Source: Paraspadella gotoi
Taxonomy: Eukaryota > Animalia > Chaetognatha
Direction: 5' to 3'
Assembly (NCBI GenBank): GCA_051294375.1
Contig: CM119266.1
Location: forward strand, 535,132 to 599,131
Length of the DNA stretch: 64,000 bases
The notes beneath the pieces are model-generated. The model saw nothing but the letters and a program-made list of their open reading frames with translations, made no database searches and was not told the DNA's origin. Within the stretch, counting starts at the first letter, position 1; every line of letters starts with the position of its first letter. The translations under genes were made by a program, and so were the position numbers. This document shows, piece by piece, positions 1 through 11,200 of this stretch.

Positions 1-89
1 TCTTTCTTTCTCTCTTTCTTTCTCTCCTTCTTTCTTTCTTTCTATCTTTTTTTCCTCTTTTTCCTCTTTTTCTCTCTCACTCTCTTTTT

Positions 90-1900
90 CTACCCACCTG
101 TAGTGAAGTTCGGACCTAGTGTGCAACGGACTTGACTTGACTTGATAGGCGTTCGTCCTTCGGGGACTGCCTCACTCTCAATGCTGTCGTCGTATGTGTC
201 GCGCTCGATTTGATCTATCGAGATCCATTCCGCAAAGATTACATCTAACTCGAACACTTTTGAAAACTCTAGCTTCTTCAACTTCTCTTCCTGAGCTCAT
301 TAGACCAGCTATCTCACAGCTTCTCCGGTGCTTGCTTATATAATTCGGGCTATACTCTTTCCCACAAACGCACTTCCTTTTCGATGAGTCACTGGCCTTA
401 CCACCACATACCTTATAGTGGTTAATCAGGTTTGCTTCCTGACGGAAAGATTCATCACATTTTCCGCAACTGAAAGACTTCTTCTGACTGGATACCTCGT
501 GAATCCTTTTCTTGTGTGTCACAAGACCGGCTCTCGACTTGCATTCTTTTCCACAGTAAGACAAACTAGATTACTTTCTCTTCTCCCAACATTCCTTGTT
601 ATGCTGTCCCCCCTCCACTTATGCCCTAGACTCTTTTCCCATTCCCACAGGTGGTCCATCCTCTCCTTTACTCGAATTCTTCATAGCTTTCGGTTTCGTC
701 ATTACTCCTATATCGCACAATCCATCCAGCCTCTCTTAATATTTTCTCCAGTAGTGGTGGGTCCTTCTGTTCCTTTTACCTTTTAACTCCCATTTCTCTA
801 GTTCGCTCATCCATCCAAGGATTACAGCCTTGGCTATTCGTCATCCTCCATCCTCATCACATGTCCTATCCTTTCTAACACTCTCTTTTCAATTTTCCAT
901 CTTATGCTTTTATCCTCAGGTGAGATTCACATCCTGCATGTTAACACCTTCCTCCTGCATTTGAATCAACGGGGGCTTATTTCTCGTCTCCACAAATCTA
1001 TATGCTTTGTCTACAAAGCTCTGAAGAGATTTTATTTCCCTTAGAGTCCAAACTCTTACGGCACTGTCAAAAAGGAGAGAGTTTCTAACGCATGCTTCTA
1101 TTATTCTTGCCTGCATCCTCTGGATAGGCTCGACCCACTGAGCTGTTTTTAAGCTTCCACACGTCTTATTTGCTCTCTTGATTCTGTTCTTCACATCGTC
1201 CTTCATCCCATCCAGCTGCTAACATCTTACCCCACCACTACTTCTCTACAAATTCAAGTTTCTCTTCTTTGTCATCATTGTTCCTTTCCTCATATCTCCC
1301 CATGACCTCCTTAACTATTCCCACTCCTCCTTCCACTTCCTTTTCATCCCTACTAGAGTTGTGTCATCAGCAAAAGGCTTTCATAACTATTCCAATGGAC
1401 TCTGAATTCCTTTTGCCCCACATTTCTCCTGTATGAAGCTTCCGGTACCCAGTTGTACTGTATTCCAAATGTATCCCATTCTCTTCGCTCGAGATTTCCT
1501 TTCTATCGCTGCTTGTCTCATCACCGCCTGGTGATATATGTTGAATAAATCACAGGAGTTGGGCATCCTTCCTTAATCTCTTTGTGACCGCTTTCACTAG
1601 TCCCTCTTTCCCTCTTTCAGCATATTCCGTCGTTCATTAGATTTACCAACACCTTCAGGAAGGCGCCATTCAGTCCATATCTCTCCAAGAGCCTCCACAA
1701 AGCGGCTTGTTGACTCTAGGATATGCTTTCTCAGGTCGAGCAGTCTTGCTACTGGTGAAAGTTCCACACCCCTCACCCTCCTTGCTTCCAGGTCTAAAGC
1801 ATCTTCCTGCATTCTAACATCATCTGTGTGGCATCTGCTGTTGATCTTCCGCTCCTGAATCCGATTGATCGTCATCCAGAAGCTCATGTCTTCTGCCTCG
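90..1900 (-). mobile_element. 5'-truncated non-LTR retrotransposon (LINE, RTE-like), RT domain plus C-terminal C2H2-like zinc fingers, frameshifted
   Basis: Minus-strand translation across frameshifts gives RT motifs (S)GFRSGRSTADATQMM (~1860-1820), LLDLRKAYPRVNK (~1745), EGCPT..LFNIYHQAVMRQA (~1570-1515) and FADDTT (~1375-1358). It also gives thumb-like MKDDVKNRIKRANK (916-1206) and ORF 178-564 with repeated CxxC/CxC...HxxxH/C units. A GA-rich tail follows at 1-90. Confidence 0.88.
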
Positions 1901-2255
1901 CTCGCTCGCTCGATCGGTCGGTCCGTCAGGATGGTCTTTGGCTAAAGGATTTTGTATTGTGAGTTTTGTGAATTTATTTTTAAAAGCAGCTGCGGGGGGA
2001 ATTATAAGAACAGAAGTTTTAGTTATTCGAAACGAAAATAAAAAAAAGAATTGTTTAATTTAAATTAAATTATATTATGAATTACGACTTATGAATTACA
2101 TTCAATCGAATTAAATTAAATCAAATTAATTAATTTTACTTAATCTTAAATATAAACAAATAAAGTTTAATTTAAAAAAATAAAATTATTCATAAAATTA
2201 TATATAAAGTTAAATTACAATCAAAAGGCCCTTTTGTTTTTCCTTTGACACTCAC

Positions 2256-5200
2256 GTCCGCGAAATGGACTTGATGTTCCTTCTTCTCGGTTGAATCGTT
2301 TTTGTTTGGATCGCTCGGAGAAACATGGTGTAATTCATTGTGCCAATCTCTTTCACAGCTCGATGCATCACCTGGTTTGGATTTGATATGAATATAAATA
2401 TGAATATTCCTATATTTATATATGAATATTCATTGAATATGAAAGGTGTCCGGTGACAGGCAAAATTTACTTATTTTTAGAGACGAGAGTGAGAGATACA
2501 ACTTTCAATTTTTAGCCTATTTTTATTAATCTTTTTAATCATTTCGAATTTTATATTACTTATAAAAAGCACAAAAGACTTCCCACATTGCAAACCACAA
2601 ACTGCGAACCCACAAACCTTGTCGGTGCATTGACCGCACTCCGATTTCCCCTCTTTATCCAAGACGCAAAGATCCTTGAGTGTAGAGTAACTCATCCACT
2701 TGGAGGAGGACTGCAGCAGCGGGGCGCCGGCGCCGGGGTTGGCCGCCAGATGCTGCAGCTCGTCGTCGATGAGGGTTCGGTTGAGGCCGTCGTTGCAGCA
2801 AAGATCGTAGGAGGCGGCAGTACGTTCCATGAGGAGACCGGAGCCTGTAAGAAAAATAAAAAAAAGATTTATAACTGAATATTAATCGTGCTAACGTCAT
2901 GATAGTTTGCATTTGAAATAAAAAATATTACGTTATAAAAATATTTGACGTAACGCTAAAACGGACGCTACTGAGCCTAGATTCGAGATGGCACGGCGGC
3001 ACGGCGTTGCGGCTTTATTAAAAACACTTAATCTTTTCTACGCTAATAATTGATCTATTTAACATATATAACATATATAACAGCTTTATAATATGTAATC
3101 AAGCCATTAAATTAATGTAATCAATAAATCAAATCAACCAAAATAATATAATCAATCAATCAATCAATCAATGGTCGACCTCCAAAGAAGACGAGCCAAA
3201 CGAAGGAAAAAGCGACAGGCGCGGTCATCGTCCCGTTGATGAATTCCTTCAAGGTTCGGCCTTTAGAGATTTTCGCGATAAACATCCCTGAAAAATAAAT
3301 TGAAGAGTTATTAGGGTATTTTTATGTTTTCTCTCTCTTTTTTTTCTTATTTTGGAAAATGTCTCGCTACCCAGAAATTAGCTCGATACCATTTTCGCAA
3401 ATTTCACTGAGAAATTAAAACAAAGTAACATCGAAGAAAAAGCGTCCTCTATCAGATTCCATCGCCATCATAACAAAAAAGAGACAAAAGTCAATAGCCG
3501 ACGCTCCCGTACCGACGAAGGGACTCCACGCGATCCACCATCCCCAGTAGAACATCGTCCAGTCGTCCATCCAGTCCGAGGGACCGTCCATGACCCCGTC
3601 ATCGTACTCTCGGCGCCGGTCTTTTCCGCCAGCGGCGACGCCCGATTGTTCGAAGGCGTCCGTGTGCCAGCCCAGTTGGAGGATCCACTGCGGGTGAAGG
3701 GGCGGAAAGAGGAAATGGATAATGACGACAAAATTAAAGGAAATTAATTCACAAACTTGTTAACAACTAAAGCAGAAAAATCGGTGTTTATGGTCAGTCT
3801 ATAATAAAGACTCTTTATATATCTTTATGTTTAGTTTTGCTAGAGCTTTGAAGAACCAGCCCACCATTGAAAATGNNNNNNNNNNATTAAAAAAATTAAT
3901 ATTTTATGCATAGTTAATAACATGGAAGCATTTAAAGTCTTGCTATAAATCATAAAATTTATATTTTNNNNNNNNNNNNNNNNNNNNNNNNNNNNNNNNN
4001 NNNNNNNNNNNNNNNNNNNNNNNNNNNNNNNNNNNNNNNNNNNNNNNNNNNNNNNNNNNNNNNNNNNNNNNNNNNNNNNNNNNNNNNNNNNNNNNNNNNN
4101 NNNNNNNNNNNNNNNNNNNNNNNNNNNNNNNNNNNNNNNNNNNNNNNNNNNNNNNNNNNNNNNNNNNNNNNNNNNNNNNNNNNNNATGAATAAAAAATAT
4201 TATTACAAGATTTTTAAATTTTTATTTTTTATTAGTTATTATGTATAGACTTTCGATTTCGTTGTTTTTTAGCATTTAGGAAAAACAGTTTTAATGTGGC
4301 AACGAATTTTATTGACAAGTAAGTCGGAAATGTTTCGACTCTTGTAGAGTTAGAGTCTTCATCAGCAAGTTAAAAATAGCAAAATTATAAAAATTATGGT
4401 ATGATAATGATGATGATTTTTAATGGTTTTTCCCTTATTTGACCCACTTATCATCAAAATATTGAAAAACGCATTTTACTTTATGTAGACTTTTATGGGG
4501 TATCTGAATCCGCTCTTAAGAAAGAAAATTCTAAAAAAAATATTTTTTTTATTGCCTATGCATTGATAAATATTTAAAAAATTCAATGTTATACTGTGCT
4601 TTATTAGTTAAAAAGTAATATTAAATATTGATTAAGTATATAATGAACAAATGAATTTTATATTACAGAACTCTTAATGTGGGGATGCCAGTCGTTTCGA
4701 AACTAGACGTATTTTTTATATAAATTTGGTATCGTTGGAAAGAGAATTGCGAAATTAGCCGAAATCCAAAATTTCATGTAAAATGGACGACGCGTTCAAA
4801 AGTAATCGGCAAAAAAAGACCGCGAAAAACGCGGTCGCGAGGGATCAACTCCCGCTATTTAAACCGATTCCGTTTTCGATCTACAAAGAAAGTACTACGT
4901 AGTTCAAATCATTAGAACTCCGAACTTCAGCGTAAGCCTCGTATGCGTGTTTAGGGCCTCATAAGAATTAATTTTAACTGCTGAAGCCTCGGACGAAAGA
5001 GTAATAACACCCATGTAAACGAAATAAAAGGAAAATAATTTATTTTTTATACAAATTAAGCATAAACAAAGCAAAAATCTTGAAATAAAAACAGTATAGC
5101 AGCAAATTATATATAGCCAAGAAAAGATTAAATTTAAGTAAAAAAATGCGCGTAGGAACGGTAAAATTTTGAGCACAGGGTTGCACATTTGTGTAATAGT

Positions 5201-8200
5201 AGAATTGAACAATTACTTTTATAACTATTGCTGTATCGACGGTGGCGAGCGTCGCCATAGGGGGAGACGTCTCAACGTACGATGGCCGGGAATAAAAATA
5301 TCTTGGTTCAAGTTTCCAAAATTCGCGATCGGGAGTCGCGACGACGAATAATTGAAGAAGAGGGAAAAAGGGTTTCGCCGAGGCAATCGGGGTTATTTTA
5401 AATAACGTTTGATGTGACTATTTTGTAATCTTCAGTTGCCTCGTGAGAAAGTTGCGACGTTGTTACGTTTTTACGTTAGTTGTTTTAAATCGTTTATATT
5501 TGTATAAACCTATAGTCTAAATTCGTCATCGTTTATATTTAATGTAAATAAACATTTAAACAAGTTTGAGCAAACAATGTCGGATCTGCCCACGATCATT
5601 ATTGGTAATTAATTAATAATTAATTAATTAATAATTCAAGTTAATAATTTAATTAATTAATAATTAATTAATTCAAGTTAATTATTTAATTAATTAGGCA
5701 ATTAATTAATTTGATCCGAAATGTTTGTATTGATTGACTGATTAATTAATTATTAATTAATTAATTAATTGACTAATTGATTAATTAACTGATTAATTAT
5801 TTGATTAATTAATACATCTTGCATTTACATTTAAAATAAAAAGAAAAAGAAGCATAATCAATTAGTATTTTAAATACTTTCAAATACTTTAATTCGAACT
5901 TTAGTCTTTACCTCAATAACAAAAACACATTTTTCACTATTTCAGAGTTTATTCGAGATGCTCTCGTTAAGGTCCGATCAGTATTTTCACTATTATTAGA
6001 AATGTTTCGAGGTGCTCTCGTTAAGGTTCGATCAATTTTTGCCTCAGTAGAACTATTGTATTTTTCGCTCTCTCTCTTGGCAAGAGTCTTGCTTATTTTT
6101 CTCATGCGAAATAAATTCTTTGAAAAGAAGATTCCTGCTTTTCGATGATAGTAAAAACTCATGAAAAGGAGCTCTTCAATGGTGAGCCCTACTAGAACAC
6201 GAACAACGACATCCTTGAGCTCCATCTTCCGCGACCGACTTCAAGATGCCGGGAGATCAAGTCGCTGTCGCGATCGCTGCCGCCGTATCCGTCAAACTTC
6301 CAGATTTTTGGCCCAACGAAGCTCAACTCTGGTTCGTCCGCGCCGAGGCCCAATTTGCCACGCGCGACATTACGGCGTCGCTCACGCGCTACTACCACGT
6401 CGTGACAGCACTCTCCGAGGAGGTCTCCCGCAAAATCCGCGACTTTTTTCTAGATGGACCCGAGGAGCTCGAGAATCCTTTCAACGCGCTCAAGATGCGC
6501 CTCCTGGACACCTTCCGGGCGACCAGATGACCTTCGTCACAAAAAGACTGTAAACCCTCAGTCGTCTTCGTCGTCGTCTGACTTCTTCTTACATTGTAAA
6601 GTTTCTCTCTTTTTTTCGAATTTCAAGCCAAGAACTAAAAACCACGTTTTTATCTTTTTAATCGACGTCCAAATGAATTGCTATTAACTACATTTTACCC
6701 ACGTTAAATCTTCTTTAAATATATCGTCTTTTATTATTGTTTTGAACAATTGTAATACATTGATGAAACGTAGAACTCTTTTCACCTTGTTATTGACTGT
6801 TTAAATAGTTATTATAAAATTAATTAAATTTAATCAACGACTTAATTCTTTGTGACGGGGTCTCCAAAAGATATAATTTAAAAAAGTTCATTTAAAAAAG
6901 TTCTGCGGGAAAGATGTTGCATAATAAACGAGCCACAAAAATCCTCTTTCGCAAGCCGCGGTTGCTCGTCGCAAGGCCATGGCTTTCGGATTTTGATTCA
7001 CAGTAGAGTCAATTATGCGCGTTTGGGTCCAATATAAAATGTAAAACGAAGCAAAAGCCCATTGATTTCTTCGGATTTATTTTAACGTTTAGAAAATCGA
7101 TCCCGCGCTCCCCAAAAAATCGAAAGTAGACACCCTGGGCTCTCTTCCGGTGAAATCAAAATAGACATTTTTTGATTGCTTGAGGTCGGAATTAACGGTT
7201 AAAAAAGTTGTTTATTTGATTACTTAAACAAGCAATCAAGCTTGAATTTTTTTTTTCATTTTTTTAGTCAGTTGCTTGGAGGAGACCAAATGCCTTCTAT
7301 ATATAAAGTCAAAGTGTTTTTTTGTTGAGTACAATTGAAGAACGAGCTGGTCTACGGAGAGGAAGATTCGAAGGGGTAGAACCAATCTATTTCAAATGCA
7401 TTTTAATACATGAAAATGTTGAAATTAAGCTCGCGCTCCCCATTCATGTCCTTCCCAAGAACCTACGATTTCCAAATATACCCATATTGCCTCACTTTAT
7501 TAAGGGCGTGACCTCGGAATTTTGAAAAATATCGATTTCTAGCGAAAACTTGATCCCCCCATCGTGCGAAACGACTTGTATCCCCACTTAATGATAAAAG
7601 TGATCAATTTTGGCCAGCCTTAATATCTAATGCAGGCTATACCTGCCCCTGCTAAATGCTAAATCCTAATACCGGTTTTTAATATTTTATCTGGAGCACA
7701 ATTATCTATCTTGCTTGGGCAAATTTTGAAGGAAAGTATCATTCCAAGGTCTTCGTGTAAGGGAGGAGTTCTAAGAGTCGTGTGGTAATAAAGGTAATTG
7801 TTATGTACTTTAATTTAATTTTACATGAATATCTGAATTATGAGATGGAAGTACTTCAATTCGAATTATAATTCAAATGAGTAACATATTGGTAAAGAAT
7901 TTGAATCTAATAAGATGATTGTGAATAGTTGTTCCAAATCTTAAAAAAAATTGATTTTTATATCATCAATCCGGAATGGACCCGATAAACGGAACTTGGT
8001 TGGCCCATAGTGATGATGGATTTGCTTCGTCTCCTTCACGAATCATCAGAATAACCGCGACAGAACTCACATGACCTTCACTCAACGCTTAAGAATGACC
8101 AATCAGACCGACACGAGGAGAACGACGGAGGGATTGGATGAGATCAAAATTGCTAAGAGATACTGGCTAAGGCATTAACCTCTAAAAACCGCAAGACTCA

Positions 8201-11200
8201 CGAAAGAAGCTCTTCTTCAATAATTATTGAACATTTAATATTGTCATCAACCTTTGTCTTAACCTTTTGCTTATCAACGTGTCATCGTTACCTTATGTCA
8301 TGCACGCTATATACATGTGGTCCGTCATTAATAAACTCATTGTCAAACCAAATACATTTGCAACTTATTATTTACCCCCTTCGTTATTTGCACTAAACGC
8401 TTCAACGTGTTGGCAACTCTGTCGTGATCTCGACTCCACACACTCCTCCGATAGAGACTTATTGAAAAAACTACGGCTATCCTAATGTCCTAGCTCGAAA
8501 AACTTACGCTAACCATGCTAATCACTCCGAAAAATTATGTCAACATACCCGTTCCCAAGAAGATTCCTTCAATCATCAAATAAACTTATCAAAAAAAAAA
8601 TAGAAAAAAAAACAAAAGGAAAGAAATTAATACAAAGTTTTTCATTCCTTTAATTTGCCTCTTTTGATATTTGAAACCTAACTTTGCGCAAAATTCCAAG
8701 GGAGTGCGTACTAAGTAGGCCCGAAGTCGCAAAAATACAAAAAAAAAAAACAAAAAACGAAAATCAAAGACTAAAAAAATCCCCTCTCCCCCCCCCCCAA
8801 CAAGGTACTATTTCCACCCTAAATTTCAAAACTGTTTCCCCTACCTCCGTTCAACACTTCAAACAAAACAAAAAAAAAAGAAAAAAACTAATTCTATATA
8901 TCCCATCGCTCTTCCCTTCCCTCGTCGCTTTGGAATAATCGTCGTCACGTGACCCACGATCCTCCCACAACAAAGAAATTCGACATCGAAGGGTATCTCG
9001 ACCCTCTCCTCTCGAAAAATCCTCGCATGGCCAGACAGCTCCATCGCCTCCTGACCGAATCTAGATGAAAATCGAAAAGAGATCATCGATCGTGACTCTC
9101 TCTCTCTTTCTCTCTCGTCATCTCTCTTCTCTTGGACATCATCACGTGAGTAAGAAAACAGAAACAACAACAAAAAAACATGCCGTCAACTGTAAGCGAA
9201 TTCAGTAACAATTTGGAAAAAGCCGTGCCTTAAAGCCTCACTTTCCCGCACTCACACCCTTACTCTCTCTCTCCATGCACCCTAATTACAGCCAATGAAA
9301 ATCGACACATAAATTGTAAAACAGGCTTTTCTCACATAACTTTTCAAAACTCACCCCTTGTACCACGTTCCATTCATGAGCACCATTGAATGGCCCCTAC
9401 AAAAGGAATTGTCAAGCTTTTTCAAAATATGAAAATATAACAAAAGCAGGCCTCCAGCTTGTCATTGAGGATCCACAAAGACATCTCATGACATTTCAAT
9501 GATACCCTGCTTACTAAGACAATGACTTTACTTGTCAAATGTAGTATAAAAATTTTTGAAAGGCAAAGAAGAAAGATTTTTGCTCTGCCTCAAAGTATTG
9601 ACTCACTGTTGATTGCTCGTAATGTTTTGATACTGAGATCCATCGCTTATTAAAAGACAAGGAAACAGGAATTCAATACAAATCAGAAGAAATTAGGAAA
9701 AGAAAAGAACAGAAGAAGACAAGAGCAGAAAAGAAAGAAGAAAGAAAGGAAAAGAGAAGAAAAAGAAATTGAAAAAGAAGGAAAATGATAAGACAAATAC
9801 AGATAGAAAGGAAAAAGAAGAGCAATGCAAAAGAAAGAGAAGAAGATTTCAAAAGTGGAAAAGAGAATGAAAAGAAAATTGGAAAAGAATTGAAAATTAT
9901 ACAGTCCAAGATATGAAATGATTGAAAACCTTCTTAGCCACACCATTCCTAAAGAACTAATGGAAACATAGCTACTAATCCTGTTCAATGCAGGCAAATG
10001 GTGGAAACCTTCGCCTTAGCAGAGGACTGTCGAACAATTTAAAGTATTATATAAAACTAGAAAATCATTAAATTGTTTACAGAAAAGGGAGAGAAGATGA
10101 CTCATGACCATTCTTTTAAATCTACATAAAAGCTTCATTTGGGAGAAGCAATAGAAGATTCGTGATAAAGCATCTTCGAAAGTTTCAAAAAGCACAAAAG
10201 GAAATATCTTAGCCTTCATTAGAAAACCAGTCTATTAGATTAAAATCTGAGAGTCATACAGCCTGACAGCCCAAGAAGAAAGAAAACTGCTTTAATTTAC
10301 AAAATTGCAAAAAAACATGGTTAAGATGGCCCCATGATCCAAGACTCCTGAAGGCACATGATGCGCGACATCACTCCGAGATCTTAGTCAAAGTGGAAAG
10401 AACTGGATTAAAACAGGCAAATCAAATCAGATGTTACCACTACTCTGTCCTTTCCATGGAGCTAGAAAGCACAGAACAACAACTGAGGAAACAAAAGAAA
10501 AAACAAAGCAAGAGTTCACACATACGGACAAAAAATAATTAAAAGACGAGAAGAAGAGAAAGCGTCCGCCACATACAAGCAAGGAGAAAATGACTCGGTC
10601 AAAAGAAATTTCTGTAAAAGTCGCATGAGAGATACTGGTATGAATACCCATTAGAACTCTTACAAAAAATGATGGCCAGGAAACACCAAAACTATTGACT
10701 TCCAACTGTTTGAAGACAACAACACCTGCAAGGTCTAATATCTGCATCACAACAGAAGCTGAAAAAATTAACTCCAACAATGTACCCCAATTCAGCATCG
10801 CAAACAGAGACACAACAGAGTAGAAAATGGCAACCTAAAAAATTCTCCAAGATCTTATCCAGGCTTAGTTAAAGATCTAATGACACACTAAGATGAACTT
10901 CTTTCTTCCACCAGTTTCGATACAATTCCAGCAGCAGGCACCAGCAAATTCAAAATGGTTACAATAAATCAACAACTAATTCAAAAATGAGGTCAAAGAA
11001 ACAAAAGAACAAAAATGGCTCAGATAACTTGCAAAACATTCAAAGTAGAGAGAGCCAGCCACAATAATAGACCCTAAATTTTACCACCTCCTCAACATAG
11101 TTCAGGACTCATCGTCTAGTCGACTCAAAAATTCCACAAAATGAAAAAGCTTAGAAGAAAAGATTAATTCCTGCTTCAGATTCTTGCCGCGGAATTGTGA

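Larger units (their letters stand above)
4678..7587. mobile_element. Non-autonomous TIR DNA transposon with TTAA flanks (Kolobok-like) in the large BCCT intron
   Basis: The left end reads TTAA|TGTGGGGATGCCAGTCGTTTCG (4674-4699). The reverse complement of the right end reads TTAA|GTGGGGATACAAGTCGTTTCG (7591-7567). No transposase ORF was seen. The superfamily is inferred from the TTAA flanks and G-rich termini, unlike piggyBac CC. Confidence 0.65.

Noticed and set aside
8010-8055. Minus-strand CTGATGA-TTCGT-loop-ACGAA-GCAAA resembling a hammerhead ribozyme core (Penelope pLTR idea)
   Set aside because: Both repeat copies have GCAA instead of the required GAAA. The flanking PBS, PPT and TSD fit an LTR element better.
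9660-10000. Phe/Ser/Leu-rich minus-strand ORFs resembling membrane proteins
   Set aside because: They are the antisense of an A/G-rich low-complexity tract inside the LTR element.
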